Counted from the stretch's first letter, positions 49,891 through 60,463 are shown. The stretch is DNA of 64,000 nt from Candidatus Krumholzibacteriota bacterium (GCA_034520215.1 JAXHNR010000002.1:344642-408641); one strand, 5' to 3'. Notes: generated by a model not told the origin, from the sequence alone. Translations and numbers: made by a program.

Positions 49891-52062
49891 ATGCTGCAGC
49901 GAATTAAATATGCATCACGTATAAAGGGCATCACTATATATGGAAATAGAAAAAAAATTATCAGGTGCAGTTTAATACTCGCCAGTTCAATTTTGATATT
50001 AGTCATTTTAATTTCCTTATTAGTTTCTTCCTATGTCTGGCCGAAAATGGATTACGCTCATGTTAGGAGCCTCCACCCGGCAATATACGATTCTAGCGGA
50101 AAGTACTGCGGCATTATTGCTGGCGCGATAGATCCTCACGCTGATTTCTCAACCAGTAGAAGCTGGGGAATTGATCACAAAACTTTTGAAGCGTCACCAG
50201 AAATCCCTGAAGTGTGGGAGTCAGTTCTTAGAATTCTGGAAGACCGTAACCTCGGTAATTTCCCGGGGTTCATGGGCCTTGATCCGGTGGGTTTAATTCG
50301 GGCCGTTGTTTCGGGAGGAAAATTTGGAGGATCAACTCTAGGAATGATGATAATTAGGACCTTGCTCATAGATGACAGCTCGTTTGTTTTTCCTGAGTAT
50401 CGCTACAACAGAAAATTAAAGGAAATACTATATACTCCGGCAATGTATTTAAGATTAGGCGAAGATGGCATTATCCGCTGGGCTTCGCTACATCTCGCCG
50501 TGGCCAGGGGAGCGAGGGGATCGGATTTCGGTGCCGTTCTCCACGGCATCAGCCCGGCTTCCCTGGCCGTTTTTAACAAAACACCCAATGAGCTTTCTGC
50601 AGCAGAGCAGGCGCTGCTGGCAGCGGCAGTCAAACATCACTTTTTGCTCAAACCCCTTCGTAAAGATTCTTATTCGGTAGACGAAACGCAATTTTTAAAA
50701 ACACGAAGAAGGGCTGTTTACGGAATTTCCCAGATTGACATGGATGAGACAGAAAAGAATGCCGCTATTAACGAGTTACAAGGCATGTCTGCTCCGACAG
50801 TAAGAATTGATCCGGAATGGCTAAGAATTTTACCCTCAGATGAATCAGAAACTTTTAAGGCCTATGCAAATCCCCAGAGGCTTTCAATATATGCGGTCAA
50901 AGGTGAAAGCAATTCAGTTATAGCTGAACTTCTGGAAAGGTTCGGATGGTCTTTCAGAGAAGAAATTGCGACGGTAACCATATCTATTGATGCGGTGGCA
51001 AACCGGACATTCAAGGAAAAGTTTGAAGAAAGACTTTCACATCTGGAGAAGTGCTATAAGGACAAAATTAATATCCCATTAATCTACGAAGATTCCAAGT
51101 ATAATACAGCAGAAATAGTTTTCGCGATGGCGGATGAAAACGGGCGGATAATACGATTTTACTCTAATACAGCGGGCGCATACTTTGGAAAAAATTCATT
51201 GCGAAATTCCGATGGAAAATATCAGCATAGAATCGGCGGGAGAACACTCGGCTCAATTAGCAAAGCCTATTGTGCGGTAATTCTCGGTGATGAAAACTGT
51301 TCTCCTGATGATATGTTTATTAATAAGTGTATCCCCGGTGTAAGGAATCCTGGAGGCATTCCTGGTGTAAAATCTTCTTCAGAGCGTGATGCATATTATC
51401 CAGCTGAAATAACTTTCGCAAGGTCACTTAATCTTCCCCTGCTGAACCGAATGATAAGAGCAGACAGGAATAAAATTATTCAGGCAAAGAAGGATTTTGG
51501 GATTACCTTGTGGGATGGTACTCCTCTGGCTACTGCATTTGTTCTGGGACATTGCTCTGCTACACCTCAACGAGTACATACATTCATATCAGATTTGCTG
51601 GCTTATATAGATGACGGGGGCCTCCCTGATAGAGAAACACATATTGTAGAATCTGTCCGAAAATATAGAAGCTCTGAAAGAATTATTATGTCGGATTCAT
51701 TCAGGCCAAGAATAAAAAGTTGGCTGGATGACTATCGATCCAGAGATTTCGTTGAAAGTGTACTCAGTTCAGTGGTGCATTTGGGGGGAACCGGTCAGAG
51801 AATGTCAGATTTAATACCCGAAAACGATCCAAGGATTGAACTTGCTATCGGAAAGACAGGAACTGGTACAACAGAAGATCATAATGAGATAACTGATCTT
51901 TTAATGACAGGTGGAATTGTATTGAGAAATTCCAACTACAAGAGATTGACTTACTTCGTGGCCATAAGGTCACCTATGCCTACGCGCCCTCTTGGAAAAA
52001 ATATATCCGCTGGTGAATTTCTAGCACCGCTTATCCGCCTGGCAATTAATGACGTACTTTAA
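49891..52062 (+). CDS. divergent class-A penicillin-binding-protein-like protein (GT51 glycosyltransferase plus transpeptidase-like domain)
   Basis: N-terminal TM. GT51 motif 1 EDRNLGNFPGFMGLDPVGLIRAV. Degenerate motif 2 GGSTLGMMIIRTLL. Motif 3 RKLKE. Transpeptidase-like SxxK (GSISKAY) and KTG (IGKTGTGTT). ATG at 49891 is preceded by AAGGAGGAA. Confidence 0.55.
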   Translation: MLQRIKYASRIKGITIYGNRKKIIRCSLILASSILILVILISLLVSSYVWPKMDYAHVRSLHPAIYDSSGKYCGIIAGAIDPHADFSTSRSWGIDHKTFEASPEIPEVWESVLRILEDRNLGNFPGFMGLDPVGLIRAVVSGGKFGGSTLGMMIIRTLLIDDSSFVFPEYRYNRKLKEILYTPAMYLRLGEDGIIRWASLHLAVARGARGSDFGAVLHGISPASLAVFNKTPNELSAAEQALLAAAVKHHFLLKPLRKDSYSVDETQFLKTRRRAVYGISQIDMDETEKNAAINELQGMSAPTVRIDPEWLRILPSDESETFKAYANPQRLSIYAVKGESNSVIAELLERFGWSFREEIATVTISIDAVANRTFKEKFEERLSHLEKCYKDKINIPLIYEDSKYNTAEIVFAMADENGRIIRFYSNTAGAYFGKNSLRNSDGKYQHRIGGRTLGSISKAYCAVILGDENCSPDDMFINKCIPGVRNPGGIPGVKSSSERDAYYPAEITFARSLNLPLLNRMIRADRNKIIQAKKDFGITLWDGTPLATAFVLGHCSATPQRVHTFISDLLAYIDDGGLPDRETHIVESVRKYRSSERIIMSDSFRPRIKSWLDDYRSRDFVESVLSSVVHLGGTGQRMSDLIPENDPRIELAIGKTGTGTTEDHNEITDLLMTGGIVLRNSNYKRLTYFVAIRSPMPTRPLGKNISAGEFLAPLIRLAINDVL

Positions 52063-52085
52063 CCATTTGAAAAGGAGGCATTACA

Positions 52086-53744
52086 GTGCGTGTAGACATA
52101 CCCAATCAAGCGAAAAAGAAGAGAAGAGTTTCAATCGATTCACTGCTGGCCATAGCAATAGTCCTCTGCAGTATTGCCAGTTTTAATTCTACCTACTATG
52201 GTTTTCGCTCAACCTATGCTTATCATGCTGAAGAAGCTTGGCTTACATGGTTTCTCCCCATATTTATCACCTTCGGAGTTCAAATTCTCCTGATCGCCAG
52301 TGTGATTAAATTCAAACGCTCAAAAGGATTAATAAGAAGATTTGCCTGGGTAGTAATGATCGTACTCGCGATGATGATTTCTACCGGGTATGGAATTTCA
52401 TACTGGGATGAAGCCATAGGGGCTAGAGAACGAATAGAGGTCAAAGCAGATGGCATAGCCTATAACGCAATGGAAACATTGGGAAAAGGGATCAGCACTT
52501 TTGACACATTTGTTCGCGCTTCCGAGGACCTTGCCGAGCATTCAGAAAAAATGGCTGAGTTAGAAGATAAAGAGGGATCCTCTTGTGGTTGTAAAGTAAG
52601 GGACGGGCAGGGACCACGCTGGAGAAAGAGAATGACAGATTTTCATACCATGCGTTCTCGTATTCCGCATATACAGGCTCTCAGGGATAGTTTGAATTAC
52701 GTATATAATAATATGATTGCGCGGACTGAGAACTTCGATGTCCATAATGTAGACAACTTTTCTAAATCCTTTAAGGTTGACATTCTCAGAGCAAACAAGT
52801 TCATTGGAGACGAACAGATAGCCATTCTTGACGGATGGCTCATTAAGCGGCTCAAGCAGAACGAAGATGGATTTTATGATAAAGGCAAGAAGTACACCTG
52901 CCCGGATCCCATTCTCAAAGAGAAAATGCTGGAGTTAAGAAGCTCCATTGAACATCTTTCTCCTCTGCCGAATCCCGGAGATATCAGGATTGACGATTCT
53001 AATGCAATCGAATCTATCAAGTACGTTTACAGTGCTTTCAAGAACGCACTTACTTTTATGCCCAAATCGACTGAACAGCTTGAAGCTGAAAGAAGAGAAA
53101 AGATAAACTCTCCCGCGGTCGATGAAGATTCCTCTAAGAAAGTTGAACCTGTTGCCATTCTCATTGGATGCACTGTAGATCTTCTTATAATCCTGGTTGG
53201 TTTTCTTTATGGGCCAACGGGGGGCTCTTCTCCTGATCCGAACACTCCCCTTCTCGGCAATGCTGCTGGAACACTCAAAAAGATGCTGGTTCGCCCTGAA
53301 TATAAGAGGCTTTTGTTAAGTTACATCAGTATGGATAGGGACACTGAGGATCTCGGAAGGTTCCTTCGCAAAAATATGACTCTGCTCCCGGATGGAAGGT
53401 ATATTATCAATTTTGATTCCGAGGATCTTGAGAGTGTTGAAAGGGATACGATTATTGAAATGCTCGATCTCTGGACAATAGACAAACTGGTGAAAGAGAT
53501 CGACCCCAAAAAGGAACCCTATTTCAAAAAGGAAGCGAAGAACTCAACAAACTACCTGTATCCGGAATTCCTGTGGAAACTTTCCAAGAATACCAGCCCT
53601 GCGGCTCTAAGAATCGCGATGAGAATTCTCCAGAGGAGAATAGAAATGGGCATGCCCTCAATAGCGGATTACAGGCAGGCAAAAAAGGAAATTGAGGATG
53701 ATCCTGAGTCCGGAGAATCTGGCGCCGAAGAAACCGCAAGCTAA
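52086..53744 (+). CDS. polytopic membrane protein of unknown function
   Basis: Three N-terminal TM helices, a roughly 250-aa soluble domain, a fourth TM (VAILIGCTVDLLIILVGFLYG) and an acidic C-terminus. GTG start. Confidence 0.4.
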   Translation: MRVDIPNQAKKKRRVSIDSLLAIAIVLCSIASFNSTYYGFRSTYAYHAEEAWLTWFLPIFITFGVQILLIASVIKFKRSKGLIRRFAWVVMIVLAMMISTGYGISYWDEAIGARERIEVKADGIAYNAMETLGKGISTFDTFVRASEDLAEHSEKMAELEDKEGSSCGCKVRDGQGPRWRKRMTDFHTMRSRIPHIQALRDSLNYVYNNMIARTENFDVHNVDNFSKSFKVDILRANKFIGDEQIAILDGWLIKRLKQNEDGFYDKGKKYTCPDPILKEKMLELRSSIEHLSPLPNPGDIRIDDSNAIESIKYVYSAFKNALTFMPKSTEQLEAERREKINSPAVDEDSSKKVEPVAILIGCTVDLLIILVGFLYGPTGGSSPDPNTPLLGNAAGTLKKMLVRPEYKRLLLSYISMDRDTEDLGRFLRKNMTLLPDGRYIINFDSEDLESVERDTIIEMLDLWTIDKLVKEIDPKKEPYFKKEAKNSTNYLYPEFLWKLSKNTSPAALRIAMRILQRRIEMGMPSIADYRQAKKEIEDDPESGESGAEETAS

Positions 53745-53773
53745 AACAGAAAACATGAATTTTGGAGGATGTC

Positions 53774-55708
53774 ATGAAAAGAAAAAAGAGAAAAGCAAAT
53801 AATAAGTCATTTTTAAGAAAATATGGTTTGTTACTGGCTGGAATTTTCATACTCCTTCTATATGGATTTGAATACATCAGGACGCCATGGACTGAAACTG
53901 TAATGGAAATTGGCAGGTATCCTTTGCATTCTTTGAGGTTTTTGGTGGGTAAGGGAGGACTTCTCGTTGCATGGGCAATGATATTGGCTTACCTGACAAA
54001 GAACGTTTCCGGGAGTTTAGTGCCGGGCAGGGGAAAGCGAGCAGGTATAATGACTTCTCTTATCATATCAATCTTTTTTATGCAGATCATCGGCAGGATT
54101 AGAGATGCAGGCAAACCATGGGGAGGCCTTATAGGAGAAGCAGTTCTTAAAAGCAGTATGGGTGAGTATGGAATAATCGGAGGACTGCTTTTTATCTCTT
54201 TACTGGTAATCGCGATAATTCAGTTCGGATTCAGATTGTCAATTATTAACCACAAGAATATAAAAAATCTTTTTATTTCAGCAGGAAATATGATCTCAAA
54301 GGGGGCAAGGAATATTATGAATTTCTTAAAGAATCACCATTCTGAAATCATCAGATTGGCGCACAGAATGTATTATGCAACCCTTGATTTTCTCCTTGAG
54401 GATGAAAAAGAAGAATCATTATCAGGAGCAAGTTTATATCCTCAGGCAACCAAACCTATCAATGGAATAACTTATAACATGGCTTCTAATTCTTCTTCAC
54501 TCGATCATAGTGAAAATGAAAAAGATACTGAAAGCCAAGTAATAAGTTCAAATAAAACTGAGAGCCGATATCCAGATATGCACAGAAACCTACCGGATAT
54601 ACTTTTAAAGAATCCTCTCCCTCTTGAAATACTACCTGATGTACCGAACGAGATACATAAAGCTCGAGAGAAACTCCATGATGAAATGGATTTCATAGAA
54701 GAGACTATAATTCGCATGGCTTATCAGATGGAAGGGGTCCGTCTCGGCATTATGGACAATAACAAAATAATAGGTATGACATCGATGACTATTAAGTTTA
54801 CAAGAAATGGCAGGGAAGGACCTGTGATAACAAATCTTTCCCGGATTGTAAATGACCTTCAGATTAAAATAGGAAGGAACCCGATATCGATATATTTCAA
54901 GGATAACGTGGTCTTTGAAATACCTTTGAAGCCTGAGGAATGCAAGACAGTTTATTTAAAAGAACTTCTCTATGACTTAAAAGACCTCTCAGATGATTCA
55001 ATAAAAGCGGCCATCGGAAAAGACAGCTACGGAAAACCGACACTGTTGGATTTCGGTAAAGATCCTCATTACCTCATAGGCGGCAGTACTGGAAGTGGGA
55101 AAACGATATGCCTGAAATCTATCGCACTCGGCCTTGCATGTCGTTATTCTCCTGAAAATCTTTGGCTGGTTTGTTCAGATCACAAGGGAGATCTTCGCCG
55201 ACTTGAAGCACTCCCTCATATGAAAATACCTATAGCAAAAGATGATAATGAATTCATCGATTTCATAAATTATCTTGAAGATATGACGGAATTCCGTAAA
55301 AAGATTATAGGTACAGAGGAGTTTGACAGATTACCTAAAGTGGTTGCGATAATAGACGAAGTTCACGGATTTGAGGATAGAGACAGACTTGCCGGACTTC
55401 TTGCTGTGTGCAGGAGCCTCAAAATATCAATTATTCTTGCAACCCAGCACCCTAAATCAACAGTTTTACCCACCAAGCTGACTGCAAATTGCCCTGGCAG
55501 AATTGCCTTTAAGACAGCCACTAAATCTGCAAGCAGGATTATTATAGAAGAATCAGATGCTTACAAATTGCTAGGGCAGGGTGATGGGCTTGTTAAACAT
55601 TCAAGGGGAAGAGAACGGTTTAAAGGGGCTTTTGTGAGTGACATGGATTTGGAGGCAGTTGATGAGTATGTATCCGTTATCAACGAGATGGAAGTATATG
55701 ATGCTTAA
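53774..55708 (+). CDS. FtsK/SpoIIIE-family membrane-anchored ATPase (single motor domain)
   Basis: Four N-terminal TM helices. Walker A GGSTGSGKTICLKS, Walker B VAIIDEVHGF, and the ATQHP motif typical of FtsK-HerA ATPases. ATG at 53774 follows GGAGGA. Confidence 0.65.
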   Translation: MKRKKRKANNKSFLRKYGLLLAGIFILLLYGFEYIRTPWTETVMEIGRYPLHSLRFLVGKGGLLVAWAMILAYLTKNVSGSLVPGRGKRAGIMTSLIISIFFMQIIGRIRDAGKPWGGLIGEAVLKSSMGEYGIIGGLLFISLLVIAIIQFGFRLSIINHKNIKNLFISAGNMISKGARNIMNFLKNHHSEIIRLAHRMYYATLDFLLEDEKEESLSGASLYPQATKPINGITYNMASNSSSLDHSENEKDTESQVISSNKTESRYPDMHRNLPDILLKNPLPLEILPDVPNEIHKAREKLHDEMDFIEETIIRMAYQMEGVRLGIMDNNKIIGMTSMTIKFTRNGREGPVITNLSRIVNDLQIKIGRNPISIYFKDNVVFEIPLKPEECKTVYLKELLYDLKDLSDDSIKAAIGKDSYGKPTLLDFGKDPHYLIGGSTGSGKTICLKSIALGLACRYSPENLWLVCSDHKGDLRRLEALPHMKIPIAKDDNEFIDFINYLEDMTEFRKKIIGTEEFDRLPKVVAIIDEVHGFEDRDRLAGLLAVCRSLKISIILATQHPKSTVLPTKLTANCPGRIAFKTATKSASRIIIEESDAYKLLGQGDGLVKHSRGRERFKGAFVSDMDLEAVDEYVSVINEMEVYDA

Positions 55709-55742
55709 TTAGAGTTTTCAACTTGGGGAAAGGAGGTGAATA

Positions 55743-55955
55743 ATGTCAAATAGTAATGGTTACTTTAGGAATGGAGACAAGATCAGTAAAGTGACTGAGG
55801 ATGGACTCCGCATTAATTTTTATCCTTCGGGCATACCCCTAGTACAGATGCCTGGTCAGTCTCACAAGTCTTACAAGAAAGGCTTCGGCAAAGCTTTTTC
55901 GAACCAGTCTCCACAAGAAATGTCAAACTACGTTTCTGCTCTTTTTAAGAAATAA
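55743..55955 (+). CDS. small hypothetical protein (70 aa)
   Basis: RBS GGAAAGGAGGTG precedes the ATG. Last gene of the operon. Confidence 0.35.
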   Translation: MSNSNGYFRNGDKISKVTEDGLRINFYPSGIPLVQMPGQSHKSYKKGFGKAFSNQSPQEMSNYVSALFKK

Positions 55956-56102
55956 AGACTTTTGATTGATATTTCTTGAAAAAGGCTTCAGCTGAGCTGT
56001 GGTTAGAAACATACCAGCTAATCACAGCTCAGTCACACAACTCTTTACGCTAATAAAGTCCTCCATAGGCTCCAATTGTATAATAAAAGGTACCAACAAA
56101 AC

Positions 56103-56335
56103 AAGGGTGTCTAGCGTCAACTATTTTTTCTCTTTAACGACAATTAAATTTCCCTTTTCTTTCCGGTAGAGTTTCTGGATTTTCTTGTGGCCGATTTCGT
56201 TTTTTTATTTCTCCTTCCTTTGTTTGATTCTTCTAATCTGTAACTGGCTAGATTGAGTTCAAGTATAACGCTATGATGAACCATTCGATCTATGGCTGCG
56301 GCAGTTACCATTGGATCTTTGAAGATTTTCTCCCA
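56103..56335 (-). pseudogene. istB: IS21-family (type 1) right end with IstB C-terminal fragment
   Basis: 56103-56140 is identical to the reverse complement of the IS right terminus at 37063-37102. Encoded tail WEKIFKDPMVTAAAIDRMVHHSVILELNLASYRLEESNKGRRNKK matches the IstB C-terminus. Confidence 0.65.
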
Positions 56336-56500
56336 AGTTTGGCAAACCAAATATCTGCAACATCGGAAACAGATGCTTTTGATTCCGAATGGAATGTTGG
56401 GTCGACTTTCTTCTATAAAATTATTGCTGTCTATAGGCATGGAAATAAGAGTGAATCTGCTTTGCTCATTCCTGATCAGATAGTTGTGTAGATTCCGGAT

Positions 56501-56602
56501 CAAACCTGCCACTTTGGTATGGTTAAACAGCAGGGAATAGAAAGTACCTCAGGGGTGGCAGGTTAAAACCGGAATGAGTGGCAACTTTCACCGGAATACA
56601 CA
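56501..56602 (+). repeat. IS21-family (type 2) right-end terminus, copy C
   Basis: Near-identical to 21765-21866 and to the reverse complement of 30222-30325. Confidence 0.65.
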
Positions 56603-56654
56603 TTATTTTGGCGAAATCAGAAAATTAATGATCGAAGCATCGAGTGATATATAT

Positions 56655-57452
56655 TCAACTAATTATACTATATCTGATTCTGCTTAAATTTTCATCGCTT
56701 CTGGGTTTTCGGAAAATATATAAATGCTCATGCGCTATAAGAAGAATATTGAATTCCTCTGACATCTTCTGCCAGTACGGGTTGGATTTGCAGTTGTGCT
56801 GGATTTTTATAACATCTTCTCTGAGAGCAAAACCCTGCTTAAGAAATCTTTTTAAAACATATGAAGACAAAGGAATATAATGCCGATTTCTTCTAGTATC
56901 CCCGATCAAAACTGCACAAAAGCAGTCTTCTTTTAATACCCTGAAAAATTCCGCAATACCTTTTTCTAATTCATAACAGAATTTCTTGACTCCACCGATA
57001 TTCGATAAGTCACCTTTGATTTTTCCATTTGAATAATTGATTATATTAAGGTAAGGAGGATGTGTGAGTATTAAATCAACGCTTTCATTTTTAATGCCAT
57101 TTAAGGTTCTTACATCGCCAATTTTAACCTCAGGTTCATACTTATAATCACCTTTAAATGTTATATTTCTCTGTGCTCGTTTTACGGCTTCCGGGTTAAT
57201 ATCAAGCCCTATTGCCCTTCTGTTTAATAATTTTGCTTCAATTAAAGTTGTACCCCCACCAACCATGGGATCTAAAATCAGATCTCCTTCTTTTGAGTAT
57301 CTCAGAATTACATTCGTCGCTATCTGAGGTGCGAAATTACCCCTGTAATCCGAATTATGTGTAACCCAACTTCCTCTTTGAGGAAAAGACCACACGGTTG
57401 TGGTCTCCGTCACCTCATCATACCCTTTTACTTTCCTCAATCTTTTCCTCAA
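56655..57452 (-). CDS. DNA methyltransferase (N6A/N4C, pfam01555-like), second methylase of the RM operon
   Basis: LILDPMVGGGTTLIEA (motif I, DPxxGSGTT-like) and LILTHPPYL (motif IV). Confidence 0.65.
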   Translation of the reverse strand: MRKRLRKVKGYDEVTETTTVWSFPQRGSWVTHNSDYRGNFAPQIATNVILRYSKEGDLILDPMVGGGTTLIEAKLLNRRAIGLDINPEAVKRAQRNITFKGDYKYEPEVKIGDVRTLNGIKNESVDLILTHPPYLNIINYSNGKIKGDLSNIGGVKKFCYELEKGIAEFFRVLKEDCFCAVLIGDTRRNRHYIPLSSYVLKRFLKQGFALREDVIKIQHNCKSNPYWQKMSEEFNILLIAHEHLYIFRKPRSDENLSRIRYSIIS

Positions 57453-58692
57453 TCCACCTGCACCAGGATAATATGGTTGATGCTCTTCTTCTTAAAGTAC
57501 TTTCTGTACCACCATTTAAAACTGAATTCTTTCTCATTATCTCTGTAATGGCTTCTATCGATTCATCGCCTGACTTCAAGGCATTAAAGGAATCATAAAA
57601 AACTTTATGCTTGAATATTTGTCTTATCAGACCCTCATGTCTCTTGCTTCTGGGAAGTTTCACGAGTTCTTCCCCTAATTCAGTCAGACATACAATCCCT
57701 TTCTCTTTTGTAACAAGTTCTAAATATTTTGCGGCGTTGTAATAGTAATCCGCCTGCCTTGGATCAAAAGAGAAATAATCTGCGAAATCTTCTTTACTGT
57801 TAACGTCCGATTTAACCAGCTCCATTATATTTATAACCTTTTCAAAGTCATCTGCCTGCGGAAATGGAATACTCGCAGGATCAATTGGTAAAAAGTCCTT
57901 GATATCAAGAATTTCATCGGGAATTGGCTGTATTTCTTCCTGAAATAAAAAATTAGCTCTACTTAAAAGGACTATCGAATTGAAATTATCGTATTCAACA
58001 AATTCGAACTTCCAAAAACTAAAAACACCGTCAGAATATGAAAAAAATACCGGAATCACATTTTTATTGATTCTAGACATCCAATGTCTATAAGGATAGT
58101 ACAACTGTCTGATATTAAAATCATTCACTTTGCCTATTTTAGCTTCAACAATATAAAACTGGTCGCCCTCAAATCCTGCATCAAGTTCGGCTCCAGTTTT
58201 TGAAACTGTAATTTCTCTATCTCTATCAAATGTTTTAACCTTAAATTTAAAATCATCAGTGCCGAATTTTCCTCTGGCTGTGAACTTTATTTCATCGTCC
58301 AGAAATTCGGATAACATTTTCGAAATATCAGAGATAACTATGGCATTGTCCTCAGAAGTGATACTTTTTAAATCAATTGTTTCATAATCATCAATAATTG
58401 AGCTGTCAATCATTCTATTTTTATCTGAATATTTAACCTCACAATAAGAATTGAACTTTAAAAGCACATAGTCTTTCCTTGCAACGGGTAGAATTGAAAT
58501 ATCATTCTCCTTAAATATTTCCGGTCTGTTCTCGGAATGATCAAATTTGGCCATTAATCGGGGTTCCCTATTTGAAATATCCTTTATTTCAGTTGAAGAA
58601 ATTTTATATATCCCTTGTTCTTCTATCTTTTCAATAAGATTTAGATGCTTGTCTATTTCTTTCCAAGCCTTCTGATTTTTAGTTTCACGCAT
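57418..58692 (-). CDS. putative Type II restriction endonuclease
   Basis: Sits between two methylase genes with overlapping stops and starts. Candidate PD-(D/E)xK: ELDAGFEGDQFYIVEAKIG. Confidence 0.45.
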   Translation of the reverse strand: MRETKNQKAWKEIDKHLNLIEKIEEQGIYKISSTEIKDISNREPRLMAKFDHSENRPEIFKENDISILPVARKDYVLLKFNSYCEVKYSDKNRMIDSSIIDDYETIDLKSITSEDNAIVISDISKMLSEFLDDEIKFTARGKFGTDDFKFKVKTFDRDREITVSKTGAELDAGFEGDQFYIVEAKIGKVNDFNIRQLYYPYRHWMSRINKNVIPVFFSYSDGVFSFWKFEFVEYDNFNSIVLLSRANFLFQEEIQPIPDEILDIKDFLPIDPASIPFPQADDFEKVINIMELVKSDVNSKEDFADYFSFDPRQADYYYNAAKYLELVTKEKGIVCLTELGEELVKLPRSKRHEGLIRQIFKHKVFYDSFNALKSGDESIEAITEIMRKNSVLNGGTESTLRRRASTILSWCRWIEEKIEESKRV

Positions 58693-59635
58693 CGTAATTC
58701 CTTATAATCAGTTCCTTAACTTCGCCTCTTTTTTCAGCATTACAATTGATAACCCTTTTGGCAGTCACTCTTTCAATATTAAATCCCGAATAAAGATCAT
58801 CGAAGTAATCGTCATCCACATTGTAATTTTTGGGATCCGAATTACTGAGAAGCAAATAAGCGCCTTTCTTGTTCATTTTCTTGAAATATTCAGCCAATCT
58901 TATTTGATCTTCATTGTTAAAATCATCTTTAAAATAGCCGGTAAAATTAGACGTACTACTTATAGGTCTATAGGGAGGGTCAAAGTATACCATGCTGTTT
59001 TTAGTTATATGCCTTTTGGCCCTCTCGAAGTCTCCGCAAACTATTTTAGTATTTTTAAGTACTTTACTAACCTCTAGGATATTGACTTCATCGCAGATTG
59101 TAGGATTCTTATACCTTCCGGAAGGTACATTAAATTTTCCTTTGCTATTCTGCCTGAAAAGACCATTATAGCAGGTTTTATTTAAAAATATTAGATATGC
59201 TGCTCTTTCAACCCAATTATCAGTATAATCAGTGAAATTAAATTTAAGCATTTGCTTATTGTACTTTTCCCTGATTTGGTAATACATTTTTTTTCTATTA
59301 ACAACTTCTCTCCTAACATACCTGTTCTCAATTATTTTTAGTTCATTAATGAGCTCTGAAGGGTTATTTTTGATAACTTTAAATCCTACAATTAATTCCC
59401 TATTGATATCGAATAAAAAAGACTTTTCTATTTTAAAGTTATTCATCAGATAAAAAAATAAAGCTCCACCACCAACAAATGGTTCAACATATCTTTTAAT
59501 CTTGCCGGTATCTTTGATATTTTGAGGAAATCTTGATATTAATTCATTAATTAAAAGATTTTTCCCTCCAACCCATTTGAGAAAAGGTCTCGCAGCTCTT
59601 TTTGGTTGATTTTTAGTAATCAGACCTGTTGTCAT
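58685..59635 (-). CDS. dam: Dam-family (D12 class, alpha) N6-adenine DNA methyltransferase, probably GATC-specific
   Basis: RPFLKWVGGK, EPFVGGGALFF (motif I) and VYFDPPYRP (motif IV). Confidence 0.7.
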   Translation of the reverse strand: MTTGLITKNQPKRAARPFLKWVGGKNLLINELISRFPQNIKDTGKIKRYVEPFVGGGALFFYLMNNFKIEKSFLFDINRELIVGFKVIKNNPSELINELKIIENRYVRREVVNRKKMYYQIREKYNKQMLKFNFTDYTDNWVERAAYLIFLNKTCYNGLFRQNSKGKFNVPSGRYKNPTICDEVNILEVSKVLKNTKIVCGDFERAKRHITKNSMVYFDPPYRPISSTSNFTGYFKDDFNNEDQIRLAEYFKKMNKKGAYLLLSNSDPKNYNVDDDYFDDLYSGFNIERVTAKRVINCNAEKRGEVKELIIRNYDA

Positions 59636-60463
59636 AAAAAGATTATCCTATCAGTTTATATAAGATATTCGTAACTTTTAGCTATGCTTACACTATTCTT
59701 CTTTACCTGCCTAAGAAGATAGTGTTTTCGCCTCTTCAACCTAAGGTAATATTAGGCCAATTTTTAAACTTTGAAAAGTGTTAATTAGTACATTTACCTT
59801 TTCCTCCACGGTTATTAGACCGTATTTTTATTCCTGCAGATGATTTAGCTAATTAGAGCCAACCAAATAATTACTAAATGCTTTTCTTTCAGGGCAAGAG
59901 CGTCTGTCTAGCGTCAACTATTGTTTCTCTTCTTTCTGATCCAGCAGTTCCCCTATGTCTTTGAAAAACTCAGAGGAGATATATTCATAGAAAGGATGGA
60001 TTAGAACGAAGAGATTCCCATCGAGTTTATAATGGAGATGATCTTTCTGCTGTTCTGATTGTGATAGTATCTTTTTTGTTGAGAAATGAAGTAAAACGGA
60101 AAAGCCGTATTGTCACTCCCTCACCTGCCCCCGTCCAGCCTGATATTTTCTCTTTTATCGAAAACATTTCCGTATTCTAATGAAAAACCCGCGTAGAGGG
60201 GCTGCATGAGGAGATCCGGGTCATCCTACCGACAAGTAAGAAAAGGCGACTCAGACGGTTCTGGATCAGGCTGAAGTTCTGTGCGAAGAATGGATTGCTT
60301 AAAAAATGATTATTATCGGATAAGCATTCTTGAATATATTCATCCAATCTTTTTCAAGATAAAAAATTTCTGAGAACAACCAGGTGGTCACTTTGTCTCT
60401 TCCTATTCCCGAAAAAGAGGGCAGTTTCACTCTTGACATTATAACTGATTATATGGTATAAGG

